Assembly (NCBI GenBank): GCA_944376605.1 | Contig: CALWDE010000010.1 | Coordinates: forward strand, 5,287 to 69,286 | Origin: an uncultured Bacilli bacterium | GTDB taxonomy: Bacteria; Bacillota_I; Bacilli_A; RFN20; CAG-826 | Length of the DNA: 64,000 nucleotides | Direction: 5' to 3' | Shown: positions 17,264 through 27,576 of the stretch, in pieces | How the letters are laid out: every line of letters begins with the position of its first letter | Position numbering within the stretch: the stretch's first letter is position 1 | Program-made: the position numbers and the translations under genes | Notes under the pieces: model-generated | Database searches by the model: none | Told to the model about the DNA's origin: nothing | What the model saw: the letters and a program-made list of their open reading frames with translations, nothing else

Positions 17264-18615
17264 TGTGCCTTCTTTCCTAACGATAAAATCGCCTTCATAT
17301 AAATGGCCATATCAAGGAGTAAGTCTTTTTCTAAGATATATTCCTCAGGCGCATGCATATTGCCATCTCTTCCCTTAAAACAAGCACCAAAAGCAACTGT
17401 ATTTGGGGCTTCTTTTGCATAAGTACCTCCCCCAATAGCAAGGGGTTTTGCAAAGTAGTCATGCGATACAGAGCGATAAGCAGATAAAAGTGTTTTTACT
17501 AAATCACTCTTCTTATCAAAAAGAAGATGGCTGTGTTCACTCACCATTACTGGGTTCATCTTACTAGCTTCGGCAAGTTTTTGAATGCACTCTTCTGCAG
17601 GGCAAGTTTCACCAAAGCGGAAATCAAGCGATAAAGATAAACGCTTTCCGTCATAATTTACTAAGCCGTAGTTATAAGTTGCTTTGCCAAGTTCAGCAGA
17701 AGTATGAGCGCCTCCAAAGAAAGCACCATCGGAAGAAGCGATTAAACTTCCAAGTTTTTCCAGCCATACATTTTGACATTCCTTTCCTAAAAAGGAGAAG
17801 GCAATCGCTGCAGCATTTTTCCCGTTTTCTGGTGTAGAACCATGTGCCGCTTTTCCTTTAAAACGGATCATAGTTAAAGCGTCATTACTTAAAATATCCG
17901 CGTCAATCCCTTGCGCTTTGAGTGATTTTTCAATTTTCTCATTCTTAGTCATCGTAACAAGAAGAGAATCACATACCGCATTAGGCACACTTCCCCCATC
18001 CATTGCAACAATCGGAGATAAATCGCAAATACGTGTTAAGTTATAACCAAGCATGCCTTTTTCCCCATAAATAAGGGGCCAATCGCTATCAGGAGTAAAA
18101 CCAAATTTTGGTTTTTCCCCCTTATGCTCCTGGAAGTAGTAACGAAGGCAACTGCTGCCTCTTTCTTCATCCCCTCCGGCAACAATCTTCACACGGAAGT
18201 TTTGAATAAGACCATTATCTTTTAACGCTTTTAAAGCAAAAAAGGCAGCAATCATTGGTCCTTTATCATCAGTAGCACCTCTTCCATAAATAGCGCCATT
18301 ATCATAAGTACCACCATAAGGGGCGTGTTTCCATTTGTCACCAGCAGGCACCACATCCGCGTGGCCATAAATACCAATTAATGGTCCTTTATCGCCGATA
18401 GATAATTCAGTAGCATACCCGTCACACATATCCACCTGAAAGCCGTTCTTTTTACCAAGATTTGCAAAAAATTCTAAAGACTTTTTTACCCCTTTCCCAA
18501 AAGGAGCACCAGGAGCAACACTGCTCGCCTCGTAAGGAGAAGCAATCTTGATCCACTCTTCTAGTGCAAGCAAGGCTTCTTTTCGATAAATGTTAGCAAT
18601 CTTTTTGTAATTCAT
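17260..18615 (-). CDS. pepV: M20 family dipeptidase (PepV-like)
   Basis: It has GHADVVPAGDKW...GRGATDDKGP and is ~450 aa long. Confidence 0.8.
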   Translation of the reverse strand: MNYKKIANIYRKEALLALEEWIKIASPYEASSVAPGAPFGKGVKKSLEFFANLGKKNGFQVDMCDGYATELSIGDKGPLIGIYGHADVVPAGDKWKHAPYGGTYDNGAIYGRGATDDKGPMIAAFFALKALKDNGLIQNFRVKIVAGGDEERGSSCLRYYFQEHKGEKPKFGFTPDSDWPLIYGEKGMLGYNLTRICDLSPIVAMDGGSVPNAVCDSLLVTMTKNEKIEKSLKAQGIDADILSNDALTMIRFKGKAAHGSTPENGKNAAAIAFSFLGKECQNVWLEKLGSLIASSDGAFFGGAHTSAELGKATYNYGLVNYDGKRLSLSLDFRFGETCPAEECIQKLAEASKMNPVMVSEHSHLLFDKKSDLVKTLLSAYRSVSHDYFAKPLAIGGGTYAKEAPNTVAFGACFKGRDGNMHAPEEYILEKDLLLDMAIYMKAILSLGKKAQ

Positions 18616-18617
18616 AT

Positions 18618-19307
18618 TTACTCCCTTCCTAAATTCCCAATTGCTTTTCTCGCTCCTTTATCAACTGCGGGTACAAGAATGGCAGCAAGTAAAGCTTCTC
18701 CAAGCGCGCCAAGGAGCAAGGCGCCAAGGAAGGTGAATCCCAATCCCTGTACAACAATTTCATCACTCACAAAGAAGGACAACGTTTCTTCATAATAGAA
18801 GAGGAATAAATCTCCGAAAACGAGTCCAGTATGAAGCAGCGTTAATAAGAAAGCTAAACCTCCTTCAAGTAACGTGCTCCGCCATATCTTAGTTTGTCTA
18901 CGAAGCGGTGCAAAGCAAACACCTGCAATTAAGCCAAATAAAAAGCGAGGTGGGATAGAAACCCAAGGATAAATAAACAGAATATTTAAGCCGCTTCCGT
19001 TAATAAAAGCTTGAATCAAAGAAGTAACACCAAAGAGTAATCCATAGAATGCCCCTCTCTTCCAGCCAAATAATGCCGCACCAATCAGGACAGGAATATG
19101 GTTTAGTGTCAAAGCAATTCCCGGGAAAACTTGAATATAACCAAGTTGAGGAACTAAACCTAGAAGCAAAATGATTGCCGCAAATATGCCATCAGTTGCA
19201 ACACTTTTTGCAGTGAGAGAACTGCGCGTAAACTCTTTGCGGAACAAAAAGATAAAAAGAAGAAGTAATAAAATAATCCCGCACCAAAAAATAACCGTTT
19301 GCATCAT
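18618..19307 (-). CDS. ECF transporter S component (possibly pantothenate-specific)
   Basis: A six-TM ~230 aa protein with an S-component-like pattern. It overlaps coaX upstream, which is the only basis for the substrate guess. Confidence 0.55.
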   Translation of the reverse strand: MMQTVIFWCGIILLLLLFIFLFRKEFTRSSLTAKSVATDGIFAAIILLLGLVPQLGYIQVFPGIALTLNHIPVLIGAALFGWKRGAFYGLLFGVTSLIQAFINGSGLNILFIYPWVSIPPRFLFGLIAGVCFAPLRRQTKIWRSTLLEGGLAFLLTLLHTGLVFGDLFLFYYEETLSFFVSDEIVVQGLGFTFLGALLLGALGEALLAAILVPAVDKGARKAIGNLGRE

Positions 19308-20071
19308 AAAGAGTATTTCCTTTCTAAAATGGTGAATAAGCCTTCTAAAAGAAGATCTTTTTCATATCGCCACTCTGGGAGCAAAGAAGCTAAATATGGT
19401 GCATTTCCTCCTGTTAAAATCGGTGTTAAATTCGTACCAGAAATCTTTTCAAAAGCATGATAAAAACCAAGTGCTTCATAAATGGTTCCATAAAGAAGTC
19501 CCGACTTTAAACAGTCGAAAGTGTTCTTACCTAAAGCACTTGGTGGCACCTCGTAAGAAAAAGAGGGTAAAGCTGCGCCTTTTTCGGAAAGCACTTTTGC
19601 CGATATATCCATACCAGGCGCAATAGAAAGCCCTGCAAATCGCCCTTCTTTATCAAGATAAATGTATTTTGATGCCGTGCCAAAATCCGCAACAAAACAG
19701 GAATTAGGAGCATAATTTAAGGCTCCAATCGAGACAGCAATAAGGTCAGATCCTACCTCTTTGGGGTTATCTACTTTTAAAGATAATCCAGTTTTTAATC
19801 CAGGACCTACTACAACAGGCGTGCGCTGAGTGACTTCTTCTAAAGCAAGCACGTACTCGGATGTTAAGGAAGGGACTACAGAGCTTAAAATGCTGTAACT
19901 CTCTTCCAATAAAGAAAGATGATGACTAAGAAAAAAAGAACGAAGCAAAAGTATCAGTTCGTCCTTTTTCTTTGTTCCGTCTGTCGAAAATTCAAAAGAA
20001 TAAATAACTTTCCCCTTTTCTCCCAGACCAAATTTCGTGAGGGTATTCCCCACATCAATTGCAAGTTCCAT
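19304..20071 (-). CDS. coaX: type III pantothenate kinase
   Basis: It has the MELAIDVGNTLTKFG N-terminal ASKHA motif and is ~255 aa long. Confidence 0.85.
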   Translation of the reverse strand: MELAIDVGNTLTKFGLGEKGKVIYSFEFSTDGTKKKDELILLLRSFFLSHHLSLLEESYSILSSVVPSLTSEYVLALEEVTQRTPVVVGPGLKTGLSLKVDNPKEVGSDLIAVSIGALNYAPNSCFVADFGTASKYIYLDKEGRFAGLSIAPGMDISAKVLSEKGAALPSFSYEVPPSALGKNTFDCLKSGLLYGTIYEALGFYHAFEKISGTNLTPILTGGNAPYLASLLPEWRYEKDLLLEGLFTILERKYSL

Positions 20072-20159
20072 AAATAAGGCATCTCCTTAGCTGGAGTCCT
20101 CTTCTTTCGAGGTACCCCGCAAAGGTAATCCTACTCTAAATTACAAGAGTTCGCATCTA

Positions 20160-22562
20160 TTAGGCGACGACAAGATTCATAATCTTGCCAGGAACATAAA
20201 TGCATTTACGAACAGTTTTTTCTGCCAAATATGGTTTCACTTTTTCACTTTGGAAGGCGAGCGACTTCACCTCTTCCTCAGTTGCAGAAGGAGATACTTC
20301 CACCACATCACGCACTTTTCCGTTCACTTGAATCGCAATTTTTACTTTTCTTTGGATTAAAGCGTCAGATTCATAAGTAGGCCAAGTTTCATAAGCAATT
20401 GTTTGATCGTGGCCTAGTAAGGACCACATCTCTTCTCCAGCAAAAGGACAAATGCAGGAGAAAATCTTTGTAAAACCTTCTAAATAAGGAACATATAAAG
20501 TTTTTGCCTTGTAACATTCATTGACAAAAACCATCATGCTAGAAATCGCCGTGTTGAAATCAAGGGACTCAAAATCCTCTGTGCACTTTTTCACCATGGA
20601 ATGATAAACATAATCAAGTTCATGAGAGTTTGTGTGTGAATGACGCTTCTTTTCTTCCTCTCCGTCTATCAGACGGAAAGAGCGTTCGATGAATCTTCTT
20701 GCCCCATTGAGTCCTTCTGTCGACCAAGGTTTGCTATCAGAGAGAGGTCCTGCAAACATTTCAAATAGACGTAAAGAATCCGCGCCAGTTGTTTCCACAA
20801 TTTCATCAGGATTTACAACATTCCCGCGCGATTTACTCATTTTTTCATTATTGGCGCCAAGAATCATCCCTTGATGGAAGAGTCTTTGGAAAGGTTCTTT
20901 GCAAGAGACTACTCCAATATCGTAAAGGAATTTGTGCCAGAAACGCGCATAAAGTAGATGCAAAACAGCGTGTTCTTGCCCACCAATATATAAATCAACT
21001 GGTAACCAGTGATCGAGTAACTTTTTATCAGCCAAAGCGTTTTTATTATGAGGATCAATATAACGAATATAGTACCAGCACGATCCTGCCCACTGAGGCA
21101 TCGTATTTGTTTCGCGGGTCACCTTTTCTCCTTCATATACAGGATGTAACCAAGCATCGGGAGCTTTCGAAAGAGGAGGTTTTCCGTCTTTTGTAGGAGC
21201 GTATTGATCAAGTTCCGGTAAGGTTAAAGGCAACTCATCATCTTTTAATATTGCTGAAGTGCCATCCTTTTTTTGAACGACTGGAATTGGTTCACCCCAA
21301 TAACGTTGACGGCTAAATAACCAGTCACGAAGTTTGTAATTAATCACTTCTTTCCCAGCACCTAACGCAACAAGCTTCTTCGTAATGATTGCTTTTGCTT
21401 CTGCAATCCCTTTGCCGTTTGCCTCTTCCGAATGAATATGCGGAGCGTCTCCTTCAAATGCAGCGCTAGAAATATCTCCCTCTAAGACTTGAATCATGGG
21501 AAGATGATGCGCTTTCGCAAATTCATAATCTCTTTGGTCATGGGCAGGCACTGCCATAACGGCACCTGTGCCATAGCTTCCTAAAACATAATCTGCAACA
21601 TAAATAGGAATTTCTTTCCCATTAATCGGATTAATCGCATAAGCACCAAGAGGAACACCTGTCTTTTCTTTGCTGAGAGAAGTTCTTAGCAAATCACTCT
21701 TCTTTTTAGCTTCCTCTAAATAAGAAAGAACATCTTTTTTCTCGTTTTCTCCAACAAGAAGTGGAATTAAAGGATGTTCAGGAGCAAGGCAGCAATAGGT
21801 GCAGCCATATAAAGTATCAACACGGGTAGTAAACACGCGGAAAGATTCTCCGCTTCCTTTGACCTTAAAAGTAATCTCCACACCGCTTGATTTGCCAATC
21901 CAGTTCCGCTGCATCTCAATGGTAGATTTAGGCCAATTAAGTCCTTCTAAATCCTTTTCTAGACGATCTGCATAAGAAGTGATTTTTAACATCCATTGCC
22001 GCATAGGCATACGGATGACAGGATATCCTCCTCTTTCCGATTTCCCATCAATCACTTCTTCATTGGCAAGAACGGTTCCAAGTTCGGGACAAAAATTAAC
22101 AGGAACATCTGCTACATAAGCCAAATCATGTTCAAAAAGACGGCAGAAAATCCATTGAGTCCATTTGTAATAATCAGGATCAATCGTAGAAATCTCTTTA
22201 CTCCAATCAATCGACATTCCAAGCGCTTGAATTTGCTTTTTAAAATGCGCGATATTTTTTCTAGTCGAAATTTCCGGATGCTCATTATGTTCAATGGCGT
22301 ATTGCTCCGCAGGTAAACCAAAAGCATCCCAGCCCATCGGGTGAAGAACGTTATACCCCTGCATCCTTTTCATCCGTGAGATGATGTCTGTAGCGGTATA
22401 TCCTTCTGGATGGCCCACGTGAAGTCCTTGACCGGAAGGAAAAGGAAACATATCTAACGCATAAAATTTGGGTTTTTGAAAATCATGCGTATCGCAATAG
22501 AAAGTCTGGTTACTCTCCCAATACTTTCGCCATTTTTCTTCTATCTTTTTATGGTCGTACAT
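20160..22562 (-). CDS. leuS: leucine--tRNA ligase
   Basis: It has the HVGHPEGY (HIGH) and KMSKSRGN (KMSKS) motifs and is 800 aa long. Confidence 0.95.
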   Translation of the reverse strand: MYDHKKIEEKWRKYWESNQTFYCDTHDFQKPKFYALDMFPFPSGQGLHVGHPEGYTATDIISRMKRMQGYNVLHPMGWDAFGLPAEQYAIEHNEHPEISTRKNIAHFKKQIQALGMSIDWSKEISTIDPDYYKWTQWIFCRLFEHDLAYVADVPVNFCPELGTVLANEEVIDGKSERGGYPVIRMPMRQWMLKITSYADRLEKDLEGLNWPKSTIEMQRNWIGKSSGVEITFKVKGSGESFRVFTTRVDTLYGCTYCCLAPEHPLIPLLVGENEKKDVLSYLEEAKKKSDLLRTSLSKEKTGVPLGAYAINPINGKEIPIYVADYVLGSYGTGAVMAVPAHDQRDYEFAKAHHLPMIQVLEGDISSAAFEGDAPHIHSEEANGKGIAEAKAIITKKLVALGAGKEVINYKLRDWLFSRQRYWGEPIPVVQKKDGTSAILKDDELPLTLPELDQYAPTKDGKPPLSKAPDAWLHPVYEGEKVTRETNTMPQWAGSCWYYIRYIDPHNKNALADKKLLDHWLPVDLYIGGQEHAVLHLLYARFWHKFLYDIGVVSCKEPFQRLFHQGMILGANNEKMSKSRGNVVNPDEIVETTGADSLRLFEMFAGPLSDSKPWSTEGLNGARRFIERSFRLIDGEEEKKRHSHTNSHELDYVYHSMVKKCTEDFESLDFNTAISSMMVFVNECYKAKTLYVPYLEGFTKIFSCICPFAGEEMWSLLGHDQTIAYETWPTYESDALIQRKVKIAIQVNGKVRDVVEVSPSATEEEVKSLAFQSEKVKPYLAEKTVRKCIYVPGKIMNLVVA

Positions 22563-22593
22563 AGGACTCCTTTTCTGAAAGGCGTCCCAGCTA

Positions 22594-24030
22594 TTACTTT
22601 GATAACGCCTTTTGATAAAGCTTTAAGTATTTTCCTGCCGAAGAAGACCAACTGTAGTTTTTCTTCATTGCTACTTTGGCAACTCGGTAGTAATTTTCTT
22701 GGTTTCGGTATAGCTCTTCTGCTCGATAAATCGCGTAATCGAGGCCGCCGATATTATAGTCTTCAAAAGCGATACCGTCTTCCCCAAGAGAGGTAATTCT
22801 ACCATCATAAGGAACAATCGTATCGGCTAAACCGCCTGTCTTTCTTACAATTGGTAAAGTGCCATATCTCTGAGCAATCATTTGGCTAAGGCCGCACGGT
22901 TCAAATAAAGACGGCATAAGGAAGAAATCACTTCCTGCATAAATCTTATGGGCAAGTTGATCGTTATAGCCAATATAAATGCCGCATGTATCTGGGTACT
23001 GGCTTCTTAAAACCTCAAACTTTTGTTCTAGTTCTCTTTCGCCAGAACCAAGTAAAACAAAATTGCCGCCTTTCGATAAAATGCTTCTCGCCTCATCAAG
23101 CACCAAATCAATACCTTTTTGCCAAGTAAGGCGCGAAACAATTCCGTAAACTGGTCCACCATACCAGTGAAGATTGTAGCAACGTAATAAATCGGCTTGA
23201 TTAAGATGCTTTGCACTCTCTAAGGAAGAGACGTTATAACGCTTCACAATATAGTGATCATGAAGAGGATTCCATTCTCCATAATCGATTCCGTTTAAAA
23301 TACCGTAAAAATCTAAGCGGCGATATTCCAAAACAGTATCGAGTCCTTGCCCTCCTTCGCGCGTAAGAAGTTCTTCCTTATGCGTAGGAGAAACAGTGGT
23401 AATAATATCGCTATAAATAATCCCTGATTTAAGGGTGGAGAACATGCCCTCAAAGCGGACTTTTCCCATGTCATATAAATAATCGGGGAGATTGAAAAAA
23501 TCTGTTAAGAAATAACGGTCAAGCATTCCTTTAAAAGCAGGATTATGAATGGTCAAAATTGTCTTTATCTTTGCAAAACGGGCATCATTGTAGTAATTTT
23601 CATGAATTAAGGTTGGAATAATGGCCGCTTGCCAGTCATGAACGTGAACAATATCTGGCATCGCATCAAGATAGGTGAGTGCCTCTGTTGCCGCAAGCGC
23701 AAAAAAGGCAAAACGTTCTCCATCATCCATATAGCCATACATCTTTTCTCTGCGGAAATAATAGTCATTGCTAACAAGGTAGTAGTCAATGCGGTCCACC
23801 TGCGCATGATAGATTCTAGCGCGCTGAACTCTCCAAGACATTTTAATGTCAAATTCCCCAACGTAATTCATGTCATACTGCTTATTTTCTATTTGTTGGT
23901 AATAAGGCATGATGATAGAAACGTTTTGTTTTTTCGCTGCTAAAGCGCGTGAGAGAGAATAAACCACATCTGCTAAACCGCCTGATTTAGCAAAAGGAAG
24001 TGCCTCGCTGGCAATCATTGCTACTTTCAT
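22594..24030 (-). CDS. glgA: glycogen synthase
   Basis: It has the N-terminus [23 protein letters not shown] and a GT5-family pattern. Confidence 0.9.
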   Translation of the reverse strand: MKVAMIASEALPFAKSGGLADVVYSLSRALAAKKQNVSIIMPYYQQIENKQYDMNYVGEFDIKMSWRVQRARIYHAQVDRIDYYLVSNDYYFRREKMYGYMDDGERFAFFALAATEALTYLDAMPDIVHVHDWQAAIIPTLIHENYYNDARFAKIKTILTIHNPAFKGMLDRYFLTDFFNLPDYLYDMGKVRFEGMFSTLKSGIIYSDIITTVSPTHKEELLTREGGQGLDTVLEYRRLDFYGILNGIDYGEWNPLHDHYIVKRYNVSSLESAKHLNQADLLRCYNLHWYGGPVYGIVSRLTWQKGIDLVLDEARSILSKGGNFVLLGSGERELEQKFEVLRSQYPDTCGIYIGYNDQLAHKIYAGSDFFLMPSLFEPCGLSQMIAQRYGTLPIVRKTGGLADTIVPYDGRITSLGEDGIAFEDYNIGGLDYAIYRAEELYRNQENYYRVAKVAMKKNYSWSSSAGKYLKLYQKALSK

Positions 24031-25145
24031 AAAATGGCTCCTTGTGGGAAATAAATAATATTGCTGGGATCGCCTTTTAGCTCATGTCTTGCTGTGACAA
24101 TAACGTATTTATCCACAACAACATCTTGAAGCGAAGAACGATCGCCAATAGCAACATTTGAGAGGATAATCGAACGACGAACTTTTGCATGCCTACCAAT
24201 ACGAACATTACGGCATATAATCGAATCTTTTACTTCTCCTTCAATGACGCAGCCATTGGAAATGAAAGAGTTACTAACAGAAGACTCTTCTCCATATAAA
24301 GCAGGTGGAGTGTCATGAGTAAGAGTGTAAATAGGTCTTTCTTCTAAAAATAAAGAAGAAGCGATATTTCGATCGAGAAGTTCAAAACTATAATCCACAT
24401 AATGCTTAAGAGAATCAAAGCAGCGCGCATATCCCTTAAACTCATGGGCGTGAATACGGAATAAATGGTTATTTAAGCAATAAGGTAACAGCTCTCTTAC
24501 CCCCCAAGAGGCATCTACCATTTGATGACGACGGGTAAGCTCAGCAAGTAAGGTACGATTAACAATAATAATTTCTAAAGACACTTTTGCCTTTTTCTTA
24601 CTGCCATCATTTTTCTCCATCTTTTTGACATAGCCCTCTTCATCTAGGTGAATAATGTCTCCTCCTAAAAAGGAAGTAAGACAATCTTCTCTTTCTTGAT
24701 AAACGAGCGTGCATTCTTCTTTTCGCGCGATGTGTTCTTCTAAAATTGGTCTTAAATCAATATTGAGAAGAATGTGGGGAGAAGCAAAAACAATGTAATT
24801 TGCTTGCGAATCATAAAGCACCCAGTCATTTTCCCGAATATTGGCAATATCGGAATTATAAGCAGGATTTAGGAGCCCTTTTTCGTTATAAAAGATATGC
24901 ACATGACCAGTTTTGGTATTGTTCACCCAAGAGAGCATGTTTCCCATATGTTTTAAAATGGAACGTTGATGATCTTTTACCAAAACGCCTACAGTAGGAA
25001 TTTCTGAATTACAGAAGTTTGACAAAGTAAAGTCAATAAAGGCATATCTTCCTAAAAAACTAGTGGAGGCGAGAGTGCGGTGCGCGGTTAACTCTCCAAG
25101 AGAAGGGGAAGTATGGCAATCCACCAATCCAATCACGTCTTTCAT
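24027..25145 (-). CDS. glgD: glucose-1-phosphate adenylyltransferase, GlgD subunit
   Basis: It is a paralogue of GlgC without the GGxGxRL motif, with a left-handed beta-helix C-terminus. Its position between glgC and glgA matches Firmicutes. Confidence 0.8.
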   Translation of the reverse strand: MKDVIGLVDCHTSPSLGELTAHRTLASTSFLGRYAFIDFTLSNFCNSEIPTVGVLVKDHQRSILKHMGNMLSWVNNTKTGHVHIFYNEKGLLNPAYNSDIANIRENDWVLYDSQANYIVFASPHILLNIDLRPILEEHIARKEECTLVYQEREDCLTSFLGGDIIHLDEEGYVKKMEKNDGSKKKAKVSLEIIIVNRTLLAELTRRHQMVDASWGVRELLPYCLNNHLFRIHAHEFKGYARCFDSLKHYVDYSFELLDRNIASSLFLEERPIYTLTHDTPPALYGEESSVSNSFISNGCVIEGEVKDSIICRNVRIGRHAKVRRSIILSNVAIGDRSSLQDVVVDKYVIVTARHELKGDPSNIIYFPQGAIL

Positions 25146-26284
25146 TCGTCTTTCCTCCCTTTGCTATTGGCAATCAAAACAATTGACTCTCCGCCAACAT
25201 TAATTTCTTCTCCTATATCAGTCCCGGCTCCAGGACCAACAATGCAGTTTTCAATATGCGAACCTTTTCGAATAATGACATTATTCATAATCACAGCGTT
25301 TTTGCAGATAGCACCCTCTTCAATTAAGGTGTCACCCGAAACAACACAGTGATCAATCTCGCCTTCTACCGTTGCTCCTTGATTCACCAAACTATCACGA
25401 ACAACAGCCTTTTTTCCAATATATTGAGGGATAGAGAAAGGGTCTTCACTATAAATACGATTGCTCCCCTGGACGCTATATAGATTTGTTTTATTTTCTC
25501 CAGACATAAGCAAATCCATATTAGCTTGATGAAGAGAGGCAACTGTTCCTACATCGCGCCAATATCCTGAATAGCGATACACAACAAGACGCTTTTTCTC
25601 GTTTAGCATTTTCGGAATGATATTTTTTCCGAAGTCATGTTCGCTTGTTTCATCTTTGGCATCTTGAATTAAAGCCGCTCGTAACACTTTATAAGTGAAA
25701 ATATAAATACCCATAGAAGCTAAATTCGATGTTGGCTTCTTAGGCTTCTCCACAAATTCAACAATGTTGCTATCTTTATCAGCGACTAAGATACCAAAGC
25801 GAGAAGCTTCCTCTATTGCAACTGGATAAGCGCTAATCGTACAATCAGCTTTTTTTGCAATATGTGTCTTAAGCATTTCATCATAGGAACAAGAATAAAT
25901 GTGGTCCCCTGATAAGATTAAGACATATTCCGGATCAACACGGTCTAGCCAGTCAAGGTTTTGCGTAATAGCATCAGCAGTTCCCAAATACCAAGCACTG
26001 CCTTCTTCCGTTTGCTTTGGCGTTAAAACAGAGGTGAGAGAACGAACTCCGTTTAACCCCCATTTTTCTCCGTTACCGACATAGGTGTTTAATTCGCTAG
26101 ATTCATACTGCGTCAAGACACCTACCGAGGTGATGCCAGTGTTTGCACAGTTGCTAAGAGGAAAATCAATGATGCGATATTTTCCACCATAACTAACTGC
26201 TGGCTTGGCGATTTTACGAGTCAAGGCTTGAAGCCGCGTACCTTTTCCGCCCGCAAGAATCATGGCCGCCAATTTCGTAGACAT
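25142..26284 (-). CDS. glgC: glucose-1-phosphate adenylyltransferase
   Basis: It has AMILAGGKGTRLQALTRKIAKPAV and FVEKP motifs. Confidence 0.9.
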   Translation of the reverse strand: MSTKLAAMILAGGKGTRLQALTRKIAKPAVSYGGKYRIIDFPLSNCANTGITSVGVLTQYESSELNTYVGNGEKWGLNGVRSLTSVLTPKQTEEGSAWYLGTADAITQNLDWLDRVDPEYVLILSGDHIYSCSYDEMLKTHIAKKADCTISAYPVAIEEASRFGILVADKDSNIVEFVEKPKKPTSNLASMGIYIFTYKVLRAALIQDAKDETSEHDFGKNIIPKMLNEKKRLVVYRYSGYWRDVGTVASLHQANMDLLMSGENKTNLYSVQGSNRIYSEDPFSIPQYIGKKAVVRDSLVNQGATVEGEIDHCVVSGDTLIEEGAICKNAVIMNNVIIRKGSHIENCIVGPGAGTDIGEEINVGGESIVLIANSKGRKDE

Positions 26285-26461
26285 GCGCTTTTCTCCTTTC
26301 TTGCCCCATCTTCCCTTAGATTATATCCCGTAAGCGCTTCCAAGTTAGAGAGAAAAAGTCACGAAAATTGCGACTTTTGCTTTTTAGAAACCACTTACCT
26401 ATAAAAATAAGGCAACTTTTTCTTTCTCTCCGCTATAATCACGCTTCGTCAGGAGGGTAGC

Positions 26462-26896
26462 ATGAGTAAATTTAACTCGCGAAATAATGTCCTCATTGTT
26501 GGCTGTGGAAGACTTGGTGCTTCCATCGCGAATCGTTATAGCGAATCTGGCATTAATGTCATTGTAGTAGATAAAGACGAAGACGCCTTTGATCGACTCG
26601 ATCAACTTTTTGCTGGTGATCGCCAAGTTGGGGATGCCACCAATATTTCTTTTTTAACAAACGCTTGCCGTATTGAATCGGCCACTCGCGTTTTCTTAGT
26701 GTCTGGGAATGACAACGTGAATCTATTTCTTGCACACGTGTGCGCAAAAGTGTTCTCTATCCCAAGAATCTACGTCCGCTTTGATGATCCCGACCGCAGT
26801 GAACTAGTCAAAGATTTGCCAGGTGTGATTGCCATCTCCCCCTTCCAGCTTACCTTGGAAAAATTAACCGCTTTAGAAAAGGAGGACGAGCAATGA
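26462..26896 (+). CDS. TrkA-N (RCK N-terminal) NAD-binding protein
   Basis: It has the Rossmann motif LIVGCGRLGASIA, is 144 aa long with no RCK_C domain, and has an AGGAGGG RBS. Confidence 0.7.
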   Translation: MSKFNSRNNVLIVGCGRLGASIANRYSESGINVIVVDKDEDAFDRLDQLFAGDRQVGDATNISFLTNACRIESATRVFLVSGNDNVNLFLAHVCAKVFSIPRIYVRFDDPDRSELVKDLPGVIAISPFQLTLEKLTALEKEDEQ

Positions 26897-27576
26897 AAGT
26901 TGTTGTTGCAGAAGGAACTAGCCAAGCTGCCTACGTCATTGACTCTTTTCGTGAACACGGCCATGAGCTTGTTGTAATCAACAGTTCTCATGAGACCGCT
27001 CAAGATCTTGCTACTACGCATCATGTTCCCGTTTATGTTGGTCGTCCTTGGCGAAGATTTGCTTTAGAAGAGGCAGGAGTGAAAGGCGCTGACTTATTTA
27101 TCGCCCTTTCTCCAAGCGATATGGATAATTTCGCTTCGTGTCTCATGGCAAAGAATTTATTTTCAGTAAAAAAGGTTATCTGCCTTGTTGATAACCCTGC
27201 AAAAGTCGACTTATTTAAGAAATTAGGCATTGATTCAGTCATTTGCTCTACCTACTTACTTGCCAATTCTATTTTGAGTGAGGCAACCTTACGCAAAATG
27301 ATTAAATCTCTCGCTATGGAGGATGAAAGTTTTGCAATGGTGGAATCCACTGTTTCTGCGGAAGACCGTATTGCCAATATGAAGATTATGGATATGAACT
27401 TCCCTAGTTACGCCTCCATTGCCGCAATTGTTCGTAATCACCAAATGATTGTACCAAATGGTTCTGTCATTCTTTATCCAGAAGATAAGCTCTATGTGGT
27501 TGCGGCAAGCGAGAATGAAGAAAAATTAATGGCGTTCTTGAAAGAGGAGAAAGATCATGGAGAAGCAACCCGTTAA
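26893..27576 (+). CDS. trkA: TrkA/KtrA-like RCK protein (RCK_N plus RCK_C)
   Basis: The 227 aa product has an RCK_C-like C-terminus. The Gly-rich loop is degenerate (VVVAEGTSQAA). It is ATGA-coupled to the upstream gene. Confidence 0.65.
   Translation: MKVVVAEGTSQAAYVIDSFREHGHELVVINSSHETAQDLATTHHVPVYVGRPWRRFALEEAGVKGADLFIALSPSDMDNFASCLMAKNLFSVKKVICLVDNPAKVDLFKKLGIDSVICSTYLLANSILSEATLRKMIKSLAMEDESFAMVESTVSAEDRIANMKIMDMNFPSYASIAAIVRNHQMIVPNGSVILYPEDKLYVVAASENEEKLMAFLKEEKDHGEATR

Noticed and set aside
22563-22593. A T-box leader might be expected upstream of leuS.
   Set aside because: Only 31 nt separate the glgA stop from the leuS start. That is far too short for a T-box (over 200 nt), and leuS appears to be read through from glgA.
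26285-26461. A c-di-AMP (ydaO/kimA-type) riboswitch or other leader might lie upstream of the trk genes.
   Set aside because: The 177 bp divergent intergenic region shows a TATAAT and an AGGAGGG RBS close to the start codon. I saw no extended conserved helices or characteristic motifs, so there is not enough evidence to call an RNA element.
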